64,000 nt of DNA from a bacterium (GCA_963675295.2 CAXXKJ010000002.1:1984001-2048000), one strand, 5' to 3'; positions 27,582-39,518 are shown, numbered from the stretch's first letter. The notes: generated by a model from the letters alone, not told the origin. Translations and numbers: made by a program.

Positions 27582-27707
27582 CGGGCGCTATTATGAAGGC
27601 GAGACAAGTTCTGCCGGTTGTGATGGGATGATACCTTGGGCTGTTGGAGCCGATGGCGGATGACTCTTTCCTCATGACCGCTCCCGGACCACGGTCCGGT
27701 CCGTGCG

Positions 27708-27736
27708 TTGACTGCTGGGGGGTGTCCGGTTAACTT
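27708..27736 (+). promoter_or_regulatory. Promoter of M23-bactofilin-atpZ
   Basis: TTGACT-N17-TAACTT. Confidence 0.55.
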
Positions 27737-27769
27737 CCTAATCTATCTCGAGATTGATACAGGATTCGT

Positions 27770-28633
27770 GTGAACCAGAAACATCAGATCATCTGGTACT
27801 GGCCGGGCAAGGTGCAGCCGCGGGAGTTCCGGTTCAAGCCAGCAACGTTTTACGTGCTTGTGTTTGTGCCGGTTGTGTTCACGGCGATGTTCGTGCTCGC
27901 GGTCATCCTGTTTGTCTCCTTCAGCCTCAAGTCCAACGAATTCCAGACGATTCAGGAAGAGAACCGCGTGTTGCGCAGCCAGCTCGGGCGGGTGTTTGAG
28001 CTGGAGCGTCAACTCAGCGAAATGGAACGGTTCCAGGATCAGGTCCGTCGCGGGTTGACCGAAGGCGTCGACATGCAGCGGATCATGGAAGCGGGCGAGG
28101 CGGTGGAGTGGGAGAATCCGCCGATGCAGCCGGAGGCGGAGGAGTGGGTTCCGGTGAACGAGTCGTCGGCGTCCAGCGGTCCGGAACTGTTGGACCTGTC
28201 ATCGCTTAACGAACCCGGTTTCGGTGTCGTCTTGCCGGAGCAATGGCCGTTGGACGGGTTCATCACACGCAACTACGAGTTTTCCAGCATCGATCCGGGC
28301 CGCAGCCATGTCGGCATCGACATCGCGGTACCGCGGGGCACGCCGGTGCATGCGGTGGCGGACGGGACGGTGATTTCCGCGGAATGGAACCCGCGTTATG
28401 GCCATCGGGTGATGGTGGACCATGGCGGCGGGATGATCAGTATGTACGGGCACAACGAATTGTTGCTGGTGGAAACGGGTGACCGGATTACGTCCGGTGA
28501 ACCGATCGCGTTGTCCGGGAATTCGGGAATCAGCACGGCGCCGCATCTCCATTTCGAGATCTGGTTGAACGGGAGAGCGGTTGATCCTCGCGCGTTGCTT
28601 CCACAACGAGGAGAGCACAGTGAAGAAGGGTGA
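27770..28633 (+). CDS. Membrane-anchored M23 family metallopeptidase
   Basis: N-terminal TM and coiled coil; HVGID, YGH, STAPHLHFE. Confidence 0.9.
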   Translation: MNQKHQIIWYWPGKVQPREFRFKPATFYVLVFVPVVFTAMFVLAVILFVSFSLKSNEFQTIQEENRVLRSQLGRVFELERQLSEMERFQDQVRRGLTEGVDMQRIMEAGEAVEWENPPMQPEAEEWVPVNESSASSGPELLDLSSLNEPGFGVVLPEQWPLDGFITRNYEFSSIDPGRSHVGIDIAVPRGTPVHAVADGTVISAEWNPRYGHRVMVDHGGGMISMYGHNELLLVETGDRITSGEPIALSGNSGISTAPHLHFEIWLNGRAVDPRALLPQRGEHSEEG

Positions 28634-29123
28634 GCAGAAATATTCGGACAGCCTAACATCAATTCTGGGCGGGGATGCACGGTTTGAGGGGACGCTGGAT
28701 TTGAAGGGCTCCCTTCGCATTGACGGATCGTTCCGTGGAACTCTAACTTGCGGCGGATCGGTTACGATCGGTGGAGATGGCTCTTTCCACGGCGAGATCA
28801 GGGCGGAGGAAGTGATCCTCGGCGGGCAGATCACCGGCCGGGTGCTCGCGCGCAAGCTGATGGTGTTGGAAGCAACCAGCAAGCTTGAAGGCGAGTTGGC
28901 CTGCGGCACGCTGCATGTGAACGAAGGTGCGGTGTTTAACGGCACAAGTGTGATGGGCGAACGTGCCGTTGAGGAGTTGTTCAACGAACCGTTGAAGCAG
29001 CTGGAAGCGTCCGACGTCCCGGTTTATGATGACGAATCCGATGACGAGCTGGATGGGGAGCCGGTCCGTGACCGGACCGGGAACGGATTCCACTTCTCGG
29101 ATTCGGAATCAAGTTCATCCTGA
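28620..29123 (+). CDS. Bactofilin (polymer-forming cytoskeletal protein, CcmA family) with an acidic tail
   Basis: SILG...FEGTL...LRIDGSFRG...GAVFNG repeats; GAGGAG SD before GTG 28620. Confidence 0.9.
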   Translation: MKKGEQKYSDSLTSILGGDARFEGTLDLKGSLRIDGSFRGTLTCGGSVTIGGDGSFHGEIRAEEVILGGQITGRVLARKLMVLEATSKLEGELACGTLHVNEGAVFNGTSVMGERAVEELFNEPLKQLEASDVPVYDDESDDELDGEPVRDRTGNGFHFSDSESSSS

Positions 29124-29147
29124 TCTTCTGCTTTGTGGCGGGACCGG

Positions 29148-29426
29148 ATGCAGTTGTTCAAACGATCGGAATCGAAACCCAGGTACGGGGGTTGGATTGA
29201 CCTGGGTATTCAGGCGGGGCTGACCCTGGCCTTGTCTGTTGTGTTGTTGACACTCGGCGGCCGATGGCTTGATACACAGTTGGGCACATCGCCGCTGTTC
29301 CTTATTGTCGGAGCGCTCTGGGGGGCAGGCGGGGGGACCTGGTGGATGATTCTCCGTGTCAAGCAGTATTCCGACAGCGAAGAAAAACGGGCACAATCGG
29401 GCGACGATGAGGGAGGTCGTGGCTGA
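29148..29426 (+). CDS. atpZ: AtpZ/AtpI family membrane protein
   Basis: GRWLDTQLGTSPLFLIVGALWG motif, two TMs, upstream of atpB. Confidence 0.8.
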   Translation: MQLFKRSESKPRYGGWIDLGIQAGLTLALSVVLLTLGGRWLDTQLGTSPLFLIVGALWGAGGGTWWMILRVKQYSDSEEKRAQSGDDEGGRG

Positions 29427-29459
29427 TTGACCGGCATCAACCGAGGCTCAGAGCGGAGG

Positions 29460-29488
29460 TTGCCGTTCGGTCATTCTCGAAATACCTT
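29460..29488 (+). promoter_or_regulatory. Internal promoter upstream of atpI-atpB
   Basis: TTGCCG-N17-TACCTT in the 94-bp gap. Confidence 0.5.
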
Positions 29489-29520
29489 CCTTCGCAACCG
29501 GTCAGGCCACTCGGATTGAC

Positions 29521-29856
29521 ATGCTCCTGATCAAGATTCTTTACTTCGTAGCCGCCAGTGCCGTGATGGGCGGCTTGGGTGTATTCCTCATGATTCCCCC
29601 GATTCGCAGGGGAGATCGTGAAGGATTGCTCGTTCGGATGATGGTTGGGTTTGTTGGCAAGCTGCTGGTTGGTGTTGGGCTGCTGTTGCTGGCGTGGAAA
29701 GGGTTTGGCTGGTCGCCGAACCACAGCGCATTCGGGATGGTGGGCGCGTATATCGTTGCGCTACTGGTGATCCTGATGACCGCATCCAGCGCGGTGAAAC
29801 ACCTTTCGGCAAAACAACAGGCAGCCTCGCAACAAGAGCAAGAGGGAGAGGGATGA
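29521..29856 (+). CDS. Small membrane protein, ATP synthase I-like
   Basis: Three hydrophobic helices; stop overlaps the atpB start. Confidence 0.65.
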   Translation: MLLIKILYFVAASAVMGGLGVFLMIPPIRRGDREGLLVRMMVGFVGKLLVGVGLLLLAWKGFGWSPNHSAFGMVGAYIVALLVILMTASSAVKHLSAKQQAASQQEQEGEG

Positions 29857-30899
29857 TGCGGCGTTGGTTGGCGTACCTGGTGATGAGCGTGGCGGTGCTG
29901 ACACTGCTCGCGCTGCCGGTGGCCGCCCAGCATGGGCACGAACAATCTCACGGCGACTCCCACGAAGCTGTCGCGCAGCCCCATGAAGGACACGGAGAAG
30001 AAGCCGCTGTCCAGCATGAGGAGGCTCACGACACGCACGCGATGGCGCATGATGAGCACGCGGTTGCTCATGATGAGCATGCGGCGGACGGTGAGCATGG
30101 CGGCGGCGGTGTGATGGGCTACCTGTCGCACCACTTGCTGGATGCGCGCAAGTACGACATTTTTGGCTACTCGATTGATCTCCCGGTGATCCCGGGTGAT
30201 TTCTCTTTCCTCGGTCCGCAGTACGCGGAAGGCTTCCCGATCACGAAACATATGATCGGTTTCGCGCTGGCGGCGATCCTGGTGTTGCTGCTGGTGACGG
30301 GTACCATGGGCCGCACGCGCAAGGGCCAGGTGCCGAAGGGCTTCGGCAATTTTCTTGAAGTGCTCGTGATCTTCATCCGTGACGAGGTGGTGTATGCAAA
30401 CCTCGGCAAGGAGCACGGGCGCAAGTGGTTGCCGTTCTTCCTGACGTTGTTCTTCCTCATTCTCTTCGCGAATCTGCTCGGCATGGTGCCGTGGGGAACG
30501 TCCGCGACGGGGAATGTGAACTTTACCGCCGGGTTGGCGATTGCGAACCTGCTGGCGGTGATTCTTGCCGGCATCATGGCGCACGGGTTCAAGTACCTCG
30601 GCACATTCATTCCGCACGGGGTCCCGATTTTTGTCGCGCCGATTCTGTTTCCGATTGAAGTGTTCGGTTTGTTCGTCAAGCACTTCGCGTTGACGATTCG
30701 TTTGTTCGCGAACATGCTGGCGGGACACACGGTGATTGGCGTGTTCCTCGCGTTGATCGCGATGCCGTTGATCGCGCTGGCCTCGGTGCCGGGTGCGACG
30801 ATGATCAGTGTGTTGGAACTGTTTGTCGCGTTCCTGCAAGCGTATGTTTTTGTGATGCTTGGCAGCATTTTCGTGGGCATGTCGATCCACGCACATTAG
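29853..30899 (+). CDS. atpB: F0 ATP synthase subunit a with a signal-peptide-like, His-rich N-terminal extension
   Basis: NLLGMVP, ATGN, ALTIRLFANMLAGH, ELFVAFLQAYVF. Confidence 0.95.
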   Translation: MMRRWLAYLVMSVAVLTLLALPVAAQHGHEQSHGDSHEAVAQPHEGHGEEAAVQHEEAHDTHAMAHDEHAVAHDEHAADGEHGGGGVMGYLSHHLLDARKYDIFGYSIDLPVIPGDFSFLGPQYAEGFPITKHMIGFALAAILVLLLVTGTMGRTRKGQVPKGFGNFLEVLVIFIRDEVVYANLGKEHGRKWLPFFLTLFFLILFANLLGMVPWGTSATGNVNFTAGLAIANLLAVILAGIMAHGFKYLGTFIPHGVPIFVAPILFPIEVFGLFVKHFALTIRLFANMLAGHTVIGVFLALIAMPLIALASVPGATMISVLELFVAFLQAYVFVMLGSIFVGMSIHAH

Positions 30900-31060
30900 T
30901 ACTTCTCAGTTGGTGGTTCTGGAGGTGAAGGGGCTCGCGTGCCGGTGGCACTTGCGAAATTCTGACACTATCTTTCGGGCCACTACGTGAAGAGATCGCA
31001 CATTCTTTCACATTCGTAGAACGTGGTTTTTGTTTACGTTGAATTGGGCTTCGTCGTTAA

Positions 31061-31345
<285 letters not shown>

Positions 31346-31371
31346 GTTTCAACCGGAAGCGAGGAGTCAAG

Positions 31372-31947
31372 ATGAGGACGCGACTATCCCTCGTCGCTCC
31401 CGCGCTGCTCCTGGGCGCCGTATCCGTGCAGGCGAGCGAAGCGGAAGGGTTGGGAAGCCTGGTTAGCCTGGCTCCCGGCAGCATTCTGTACACGCTGATC
31501 ACATTCTTACTGTTGTTGATCATCCTGTGGAAGTTCGCCTGGGGTCCGATCGTTAAGGGTTTGGAAGCGCGCGAGGAGAGTATCCAGGGCGCGATTGACC
31601 AGGCCAGGAAAGATCAGGACGAAGCGGCACGGTTGCTTGGCGAGTACGAGGCGAAGCTGAAGACGGCGTCGGCGGAGATTTCGGACCGTCTGAATCGCGC
31701 GGAGAAGGATGCGCAGCAGACGATCGAAACGGCGAAGCAGCAGGCGCGTGATGAGGCCGAGAAACTTCGGGAGCAGGCGAAGCAGGAAATCGAAGCCTCG
31801 AAGGACAAGGTGGCCGCGGAGTTGCGTTCGGAAATGGCGAAGCTCGCCAGCCAGGTTGCTGCGGCAGCCATCGGCGAGAGCTTTGACCGTGACGATCAGC
31901 TTCGCATCATCCAGAAGCGTCTTGAACAGGTGGAGAGCGCCTCGTGA
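31372..31947 (+). CDS. atpF: F0 ATP synthase subunit b
   Basis: TM followed by KFAWGPI..LEAREESI and a long coiled coil. Confidence 0.93.
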   Translation: MRTRLSLVAPALLLGAVSVQASEAEGLGSLVSLAPGSILYTLITFLLLLIILWKFAWGPIVKGLEAREESIQGAIDQARKDQDEAARLLGEYEAKLKTASAEISDRLNRAEKDAQQTIETAKQQARDEAEKLREQAKQEIEASKDKVAAELRSEMAKLASQVAAAAIGESFDRDDQLRIIQKRLEQVESAS

Positions 31948-32483
31948 GCGATCCGAAGCTGGGACGCCGGTACGCGCAAGCGTTATTCAACGCCGCCAAA
32001 GGGGAAGGGGTGACGGACGATGTCATCGCCGCGATGAACGATGTTGTCGCGCCGATGGTGGACGACTCCACTTTCCAGGTGTGGTGGCGTAGCCGCCGGA
32101 TACCTCTGCCGGAAAAACTCACCACGTTGGACAAGGCGTTCAAGGACTTGAACATCGTTGTGCGGCAGTTCCTCAAACTTCTTCTTGAGAAGAAGCGCGA
32201 GGAGATTCTGCCGGACGCGGTGAACGAGTTCCGGATCATCGCCGACCGCGAACAGGGCATTATTCGTGCCGTCCTGACCACCCCCGTAGAGCTTGAGGAA
32301 GCAGAGCTGAAACCATTCCGCGAGATGTTGAAGAAGGTCGCGGGTGGTGATGCGATCCTCATTCACGAGGTGGACGCGGGTCTGATCGGCGGGTTCCGGC
32401 TTCGCTACGGCGACAAGGTGATCGACGGCAGTGTTTCGCGAGCGTTGGACACGCTGCAGCGCAAGATGACGGCTGGCGTTTAA
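31944..32483 (+). CDS. atpH: F1 ATP synthase delta subunit
   Basis: RRYAQALF, LIGGFRL..GDKVIDGSV. Confidence 0.92.
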   Translation: MSDPKLGRRYAQALFNAAKGEGVTDDVIAAMNDVVAPMVDDSTFQVWWRSRRIPLPEKLTTLDKAFKDLNIVVRQFLKLLLEKKREEILPDAVNEFRIIADREQGIIRAVLTTPVELEEAELKPFREMLKKVAGGDAILIHEVDAGLIGGFRLRYGDKVIDGSVSRALDTLQRKMTAGV

Positions 32484-32593
32484 CCGTTTTCAGGTGCGAC
32501 AAAAAGGAGTCACGGTAGGGTTACCGTGGCGTCGGTGACGGGGAGAATTCCGTCGCCAGGGGTATGACACCAGTTGGCTCGTTGGAGGAGTCG

Positions 32594-34105
32594 ATGCAGA
32601 TACGACCGGAAGAGATCACGTCTGTTCTTCGGCAACAGATCGAAGAATTCAAGGCGGAAGTGCAGACGGATGAGGTCGGCACGGTCATCATGGTCGGTGA
32701 CGGTATCGCGCGTGTGCACGGTCTGGATAAAGTGCAGGCGTCCGAACTCGTCGAGTTCCCGGGACCGGTGTACGGCATGGCGATGAACCTTGAAGAGGAC
32801 AATGTCGGTTGCGTGTTGTTCGGCGCCGACAACAACATCAAGGAAGGTGACATTGCCAAACGTACCGGGCGCCTCGTGGACGTTCCCGTCGGCGAAGGGC
32901 TGATCGGCCGTGTGATCAACCCGCTTGGGTTCCCGTTGGACGGCAAGGGTCCGGTGAAAACGGATCAGCGCCTGCCGGTAGAGCGCAAGGGTACGGGCGT
33001 GATCACCCGCCAGCCGGTGAGTGAGCCGTTGCAGACGGGTATCAAGTCGATTGACGCGATGATCCCGATTGGCCGCGGCCAGCGTGAGTTGATCATTGGC
33101 GACCGTCAGACCGGCAAAACCACCCTCGCGGTTGATACGATCATCAACCAGAAGGGTAAGGACGTTATCTGCATCTACGTCGCGGTCGGTCAGAAGGGTT
33201 CGACGATTGCAAACGTGGTCAAGACGCTGGAAAACAACGGCGCGATGGATCATACGATCGTGATCAGCTCGACAGCGTCCGAACCAGCCCCGATCCAGTT
33301 CCTCGCGCCGGCAGCCGGTGCGGCGATTGGTGAATATTTCCGCGACAAGGGCATGCACGCGTTGTGCGTGTACGACGACTTGTCCAAGCACGCTGTTGCG
33401 TACCGCCAGCTGTCGCTGCTGCTGCGCCGTCCCCCGGGCCGTGAAGCGTATCCGGGCGACGTGTTCTACCTGCACAGCCGTCTGCTGGAACGTGCGGCGA
33501 AGCTGCGCGACGACCTCGGCGGTGGTTCGTTGACCGCGTTACCGATCATTGAGACGCAGGCCGGCGACGTTTCGGCGTACATCCCGACGAACGTCATTTC
33601 GATTACCGACGGGCAGATCTTCCTCGAGACGGAATTGTTCTACGCGGGTCAGCGCCCGGCGTTGAACGTGGGTATTTCCGTATCCCGTGTGGGTGGTAAC
33701 GCTCAGACAAAGGCGATGAAGAAGGTCGCCGGTAAGATCAAGCTCGAGTTGGCGCAGTACCGCGACCTCGCCGCGTTCGCGATGTTCGCGTCCGATCTCG
33801 ACAAGGCAACGCAGGCGCAGTTGGCGCGTGGTGAACGCCTGATGGAGATCATGAAGCAGCCGCAGTACAGCCCGGTGCCGTTGGCGGAACAGGTGACGGT
33901 GTTCTGGGCGGCGACGAACGGTTACGTCGACAAGATTCCGACGGACCAGGTTCGCCGGTATGAGGCCGAACTGCGGAAGTTTGTCGCGAACAGCCACGCA
34001 GAGCTGCTGAGCGACATTGAAACCAAGAAATTCGACGACGATCTCCAGGCCCGGATTCGCAAGGCCGTTGAAGAGTTCCAGTCGATCTTTCAGGTAACTG
34101 CCTGA
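32594..34105 (+). CDS. atpA: F1 ATP synthase alpha subunit
   Basis: [29 protein letters not shown]; GGAGG SD before ATG 32594. Confidence 0.98.
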   Translation: MQIRPEEITSVLRQQIEEFKAEVQTDEVGTVIMVGDGIARVHGLDKVQASELVEFPGPVYGMAMNLEEDNVGCVLFGADNNIKEGDIAKRTGRLVDVPVGEGLIGRVINPLGFPLDGKGPVKTDQRLPVERKGTGVITRQPVSEPLQTGIKSIDAMIPIGRGQRELIIGDRQTGKTTLAVDTIINQKGKDVICIYVAVGQKGSTIANVVKTLENNGAMDHTIVISSTASEPAPIQFLAPAAGAAIGEYFRDKGMHALCVYDDLSKHAVAYRQLSLLLRRPPGREAYPGDVFYLHSRLLERAAKLRDDLGGGSLTALPIIETQAGDVSAYIPTNVISITDGQIFLETELFYAGQRPALNVGISVSRVGGNAQTKAMKKVAGKIKLELAQYRDLAAFAMFASDLDKATQAQLARGERLMEIMKQPQYSPVPLAEQVTVFWAATNGYVDKIPTDQVRRYEAELRKFVANSHAELLSDIETKKFDDDLQARIRKAVEEFQSIFQVTA

Positions 34106-34190
34106 TACTGATTCTCGGCGGAGGGGATGCTCGGGGCGCGCGTGCCAGGGAGGGTTCAGCGCGCCCCGGACATGCCGTTTCCCGCCCCCT

Positions 34191-34221
34191 GTAGCCCGGT
34201 GACTTCGGTACCGGGGCACAC
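34191..34221. repeat. REP-like hairpin between atpA and atpG
   Basis: GTAGCCCGGTGAC-TTCG-GTACCGGGGCACAC; shares the GGGGCACAC end with the 45856-45887 copy. Confidence 0.55.
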
Positions 34222-34250
34222 GTGAAGAAGCCGTTTCGGAAGGATTCTCG

Positions 34251-35129
34251 ATGCCTTCGCTGAAACAAATTAAGCGCCGAATTTCATCGGTCAACAACAC
34301 GAAGCAGATTACGCGGGCGATGAAGATGGTGTCCGCGGCGAAACTGCGCCGTGCTCAAGACCAGATGATGGCGGCGCGTCCGTATTCGGACCATCTGCGC
34401 GCCCTGATCCGTGATCTGGCTGCGCGCTCGGACCGCAACAAGCACCCGTTGCTGGCGGAACGTGAACCGAAGCATGTCGGTGTGGTGGTGATCACCTCCG
34501 ATCGTGGCCTGGCGGGCAGTTTCAACATGAACGTCAATCGCCGCGCGTTGAACGTGATCAAGGAGATGGAAAAGCAGGCGGAAGATGTCCGTCTGATCGC
34601 GATTGGGCGAAACTCGTACAATTTTTTCCGTAAGCTCGGATACGATTTCATCCAGCACCACATCGGATTGAGCCGTGATTTCACCTTCGGCAAGGTCCTG
34701 TCGATTGGTGATGCGATTCGCTCGGAGTATGAAAAGGGCTTCGTCGTGGACGAAGGCCTGGACCGTGTTTACCTCGTGTACAACGAGTTCAAGAACGTGA
34801 TTCAGCAAGAGATCGTGGTGGAGCAGTTGTTCCCGATCATCCCTGAATTGGCGTCCGAAGAGAAGTATCCGGTCGACTATGTGTACGACCCGAGTGAACA
34901 GGATGTGCTCGACAGCATTTTGCCACGGTATGCGAACGTGATGTTGTGGCGTGTGCTGCTCGAATCGTTCGCGGCGGAACACGCGGCGCGTATGAATGCG
35001 ATGGAGAACGCGACGAAGAACGCTGGCGAACTGATTGAACGATTGACGCTTCAGTACAACAAGGCCCGTCAGGCGGCGATTACCAACGAGATTCTTGAAG
35101 TGGTCGCCGGCGCGGAAGGGTTGGAATGA
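34251..35129 (+). CDS. atpG: F1 ATP synthase gamma subunit
   Basis: QITRAMKMVSAAK, SDRGL, EHAARM.AMENAT, RQAAITNEI. Confidence 0.97.
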   Translation: MPSLKQIKRRISSVNNTKQITRAMKMVSAAKLRRAQDQMMAARPYSDHLRALIRDLAARSDRNKHPLLAEREPKHVGVVVITSDRGLAGSFNMNVNRRALNVIKEMEKQAEDVRLIAIGRNSYNFFRKLGYDFIQHHIGLSRDFTFGKVLSIGDAIRSEYEKGFVVDEGLDRVYLVYNEFKNVIQQEIVVEQLFPIIPELASEEKYPVDYVYDPSEQDVLDSILPRYANVMLWRVLLESFAAEHAARMNAMENATKNAGELIERLTLQYNKARQAAITNEILEVVAGAEGLE

Positions 35130-35132
35130 TAG

Positions 35133-36632
<1,500 letters not shown>

Positions 36633-36640
36633 TTACAGAC

Positions 36641-36712
36641 GTGCCCGTGTTTGCTTGCAAACACGGACGTGAGAGGGTGAACGAAGTGGCCGTGTTTGCT
36701 TGCAAACGCGGA
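36641..36712. repeat. Two direct REP-like palindromes (GCTTGC-centred) between atpD and atpC
   Basis: GTGCCCGTGTTTGCTTGCAAACACGGA (36641-36667) and GTGGCCGTGTTTGCTTGCAAACGCGGA (36686-36712). Confidence 0.8.
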
Positions 36713-36735
36713 TACGCTGAGGCTGGATAGCTACA

Positions 36736-37137
36736 ATGGCAGAAACACTTCAGCTTGAGATCATTTCCCCGTCCGGAGTGGTGTACACCGGCGACGTGAC
36801 CCACGTTCAGGCTCCGGGCCAGACGGGTTACTTCGGCGTGTTGCCGAACCATACTCCGATGATTTCGGCGTTGACCATCGGCCGGATCACGGCGGAAACG
36901 GCGAACGGCGAGGCATTGTTCGCGACCTCCGGAGGCGTTGCGGAAGTCCACGGCGACAAGGTTGTGATCCTCGCGGAAACCGCCGAGGAGAAGTCGAAGA
37001 TTGACCTCTCCCGGGCGCAGGAAGCGCAGAAACGTGCGGAAACGCGTCTCGACAAGCAGGAAGAGGGTACCGACTTCGATCGCGCTCGGCTGGCGTTGAT
37101 GCGTGCGATCAACCGGATGAGCGTCGTCAACGGCTAA
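36736..37137 (+). CDS. atpC: F1 ATP synthase epsilon subunit
   Basis: LEIISP, GYFGVLPNHTP, GGVAEV, LMRAINR. Confidence 0.96.
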   Translation: MAETLQLEIISPSGVVYTGDVTHVQAPGQTGYFGVLPNHTPMISALTIGRITAETANGEALFATSGGVAEVHGDKVVILAETAEEKSKIDLSRAQEAQKRAETRLDKQEEGTDFDRARLALMRAINRMSVVNG

Positions 37138-37161
37138 AGCCTGATCGAGTGAGCAACTTTC

Positions 37162-37194
37162 AGCCCCGCGAGCACATCGCGGGGCTTTCGTTTT
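37162..37194 (+). terminator. Terminator of the atp operon
   Basis: AGCCCCGCGA-gcaca-TCGCGGGGCT then TTCGTTTT. Confidence 0.75.
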
Positions 37195-37210
37195 GAGTAG
37201 ATTCAACGCC

Positions 37211-38224
37211 ATGCGCTGGCTTGATAAACTCATCGGACGCTACATCGCGGCGAAACTGCTCCGTGCCCCGAACGGGGGACGGGTTGACGCGCGCGACCTG
37301 TTGCCGTGCCCACCGCTATTTGACGAGGCTTTCCACTATTCCGGCCATGACGGCGACACTCTCGCGGCGTGGGTGATGCAGCCGCGTGCGTGGCGGGTTA
37401 CCGTCGAGGCGGACCGGGTTTCCGGCGAGCGATTCGAGCATATCATAGACCAGTACCAGGCACCGCGGCAGGTGAACGGCGACGCGCCGTGGGTGGTGAT
37501 CGAACCGTCGGACGATCCGGTTAAACCTCGGGACCGCACGATCCTCCTCATCCATGGCTGGTGGGATTCGGTACTCGGCCGGCCGTACCTGCGATCCGTG
37601 GCTGCACAGTTTGCGGCGGCTGGGTATCGTGTCGTGATGCCGGATCTGCGTGGGCACGGCCTGTCGCAGGGCCGTTTCCTCAGCTACGGACTGCTCGACC
37701 GCTACGACATCAAGCGCCTGATCGACGAATTGGCCGAACGGGGCTGGGTCGGCGATGGCATCGGGGTCTTCGGGCACTCGTACGGCGGCAATGTCGCGTT
37801 GATGACAGCGGCGGAGGACGAACGTGTCCGGGCGGTGGTGTCGGCGTCCGCGCCACACAGTCTGCGCGGCGTGCTGCCGGCGTCGGTTGACCGGGTCAAG
37901 CCGCAGATCGCACGCTGGGTGTCGATGGCGGCGCTGGATCGTGCGCTGGATCGCGCCAACCGCAAGACCGGCCTGAATTACTACGATTCCAGTGCGGAAG
38001 AGGCGATCACGAACACGTCTGCGCCGGTGCTGCTGATCCACGGCGAACGCGACACGACGGTCCCCTTCGAGAGTGCCCGGCGGATCCAGCGGTCCCGTCC
38101 AGAAGGTACCGAAACCGTGTTCTGGCCGGACGAAGCGCACGCGTCGTACTTCACGTCACGGATGGATGAACTCCGAAGCCGAAGCCTGTCTTTCTTCGAA
38201 CAGTTCCAGAACCAAACTAAGTAG
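37211..38224 (+). CDS. Alpha/beta-fold hydrolase
   Basis: LLIHG, PDLRGHG, GHSYGG nucleophile, HGERD, C-terminal His. Confidence 0.85.
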   Translation: MRWLDKLIGRYIAAKLLRAPNGGRVDARDLLPCPPLFDEAFHYSGHDGDTLAAWVMQPRAWRVTVEADRVSGERFEHIIDQYQAPRQVNGDAPWVVIEPSDDPVKPRDRTILLIHGWWDSVLGRPYLRSVAAQFAAAGYRVVMPDLRGHGLSQGRFLSYGLLDRYDIKRLIDELAERGWVGDGIGVFGHSYGGNVALMTAAEDERVRAVVSASAPHSLRGVLPASVDRVKPQIARWVSMAALDRALDRANRKTGLNYYDSSAEEAITNTSAPVLLIHGERDTTVPFESARRIQRSRPEGTETVFWPDEAHASYFTSRMDELRSRSLSFFEQFQNQTK

Positions 38225-38239
38225 ATCCATACCTTCATT

Positions 38240-38317
38240 ATGCCCCAGACATTTATGTCTGGGCTGATTAAGGGATTCCAGTTTCGGATGATCCCAGATA
38301 TAAATTTCTGGGGGCAT
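38240..38317. repeat. Inverted REP doublet (REPIN-like, ATTTAT loop)
   Basis: ATGCCCCAGACATTTATGTCTGGG (38240-38263) and its near reverse complement at 38293-38317. Confidence 0.7.
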
Positions 38318-38383
38318 GAGCGACGGCATACTGCAAAGCTGTATCGTCGCCAGCAATCAGGTAGTTCGGGAGATCTTCCATAG

Positions 38384-38415
38384 AAAACGCCGCCTTCCAA
38401 TGGAAAGCGGCGTTT
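38384..38415. terminator. Probable bidirectional terminator
   Basis: AAAACGCCGCCTTCCA-A-TGGAAAGCGGCGTTT between convergent genes. Confidence 0.65.
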
Positions 38416-38432
38416 GATGTTTTCAGGGTGTT

Positions 38433-38467
38433 GCTCACAGCTCAGAGCTCATCGCTCACAGCTCGAG
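38433..38467. repeat. Heptamer tandem array (GCTCnnn)x5
   Basis: GCTCACA GCTCAGA GCTCATC GCTCACA GCTCGAG abutting the HAD gene stop. Confidence 0.75.
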
Positions 38468-38468
38468 G

Positions 38469-39254
38469 TCACGCCTCGATCCCCAGCGCTTTCGGCAGGT
38501 CTGCGATGGAGGGGATGACTTCGTCCGGCTTGATCGTGGTGCGCTTGACGAAATCGAAGTCGTACTTGCCGGTTTTAACGAGCACGGTCTTAAGGCCGAG
38601 CCGTTGCGCGCCGTGGACATCGGCCTCGATGTCGTCGCCGACCATCAACGCGTACTCGGGCTTCACCTGGACACGGTCGAGCAGGCCGCGGAAGTAGCCC
38701 GGGGAGGGCTTGCCGACGATTTCCGCCCGGCGGCCGGTTGCATATTCAATTGCCGCGACATACGGTCCGAGGTCCAGCCGCAGTCCGCCCTGGTCACGCC
38801 AGAAGCGGTTCTTCTGCAACGCGATCAGGTTCGCGCCGGAGAAGGTGAGGCGGAAAATCTCGTCGAGGATTTCCGGAGTGAACTTGTCACCGAGGTCCCC
38901 CATAACGACCGACCCGACATCCCGCCGTTGTACGCGCAGCCCCTCGAAGTCTTCCATCACGCCGTCGTTGACGAACAGTGCGGCGGACGAACGTTTCATC
39001 TGCATGATCTTCTCACGGGCGATGATCGCCGGGCAGATAATGTCGTCGTCGGTCAGATGGAAGCCGAGTTTCTGCAATTGTTCCTGCAGTTTGCGGCGCG
39101 GCTTGCGTGTGGTGTTGGTGACATAGGTGACACCGACGCCGAGTGACTTCAGCTTGTTGACCGTTGCCGTCCCACCGGGGATCGGCAGGTCGCCGAGCAT
39201 CAGGACACCGTCGATGTCAAGAAAAACGTGTTGAATTCCGCGAATTGTGGCCAT
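38469..39254 (-). CDS. HAD-superfamily IIA hydrolase (LHPP/HDHD2-like)
   Basis: DIDGVL, VTNTT, GKPS, MVGDDIEADV, VKTGKY. Confidence 0.88.
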   Translation of the reverse strand: MATIRGIQHVFLDIDGVLMLGDLPIPGGTATVNKLKSLGVGVTYVTNTTRKPRRKLQEQLQKLGFHLTDDDIICPAIIAREKIMQMKRSSAALFVNDGVMEDFEGLRVQRRDVGSVVMGDLGDKFTPEILDEIFRLTFSGANLIALQKNRFWRDQGGLRLDLGPYVAAIEYATGRRAEIVGKPSPGYFRGLLDRVQVKPEYALMVGDDIEADVHGAQRLGLKTVLVKTGKYDFDFVKRTTIKPDEVIPSIADLPKALGIEA

Positions 39255-39411
39255 GGAGTGAACGTCGAGTTAGGTGTGAGCGATCTGGTTTTGGAGCATC
39301 AATAAATATAGACGCCGAACAAATTTTCACCAGCGCCGTGATTGCGCTCCCGGAGACGAAAACCGGAGGACGGAAGATACGCCAATCCAGCCGAATACGC
39401 AACTGTCCGGG

Positions 39412-39440
39412 TTGCCTGTTGAGCGGCGCGGGTCTATCTT
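39412..39440 (+). promoter_or_regulatory. Promoter of polA
   Basis: TTGCCT-N17-TATCTT. Confidence 0.5.
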
Positions 39441-39518
39441 CCAGATTGTCTCAGAGACTCCGGGCCGCCCGGAGCATCGCTTCTCACCCATCCATTCCGA
39501 CCACAACGGGACTCGTTC

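Noticed and set aside
36641-36712. Possible mini-CRISPR (two palindromic 27-bp repeats)
   Set aside because: Only two units, an 18-bp spacer, no cas genes, and a related copy elsewhere; better explained as REPs
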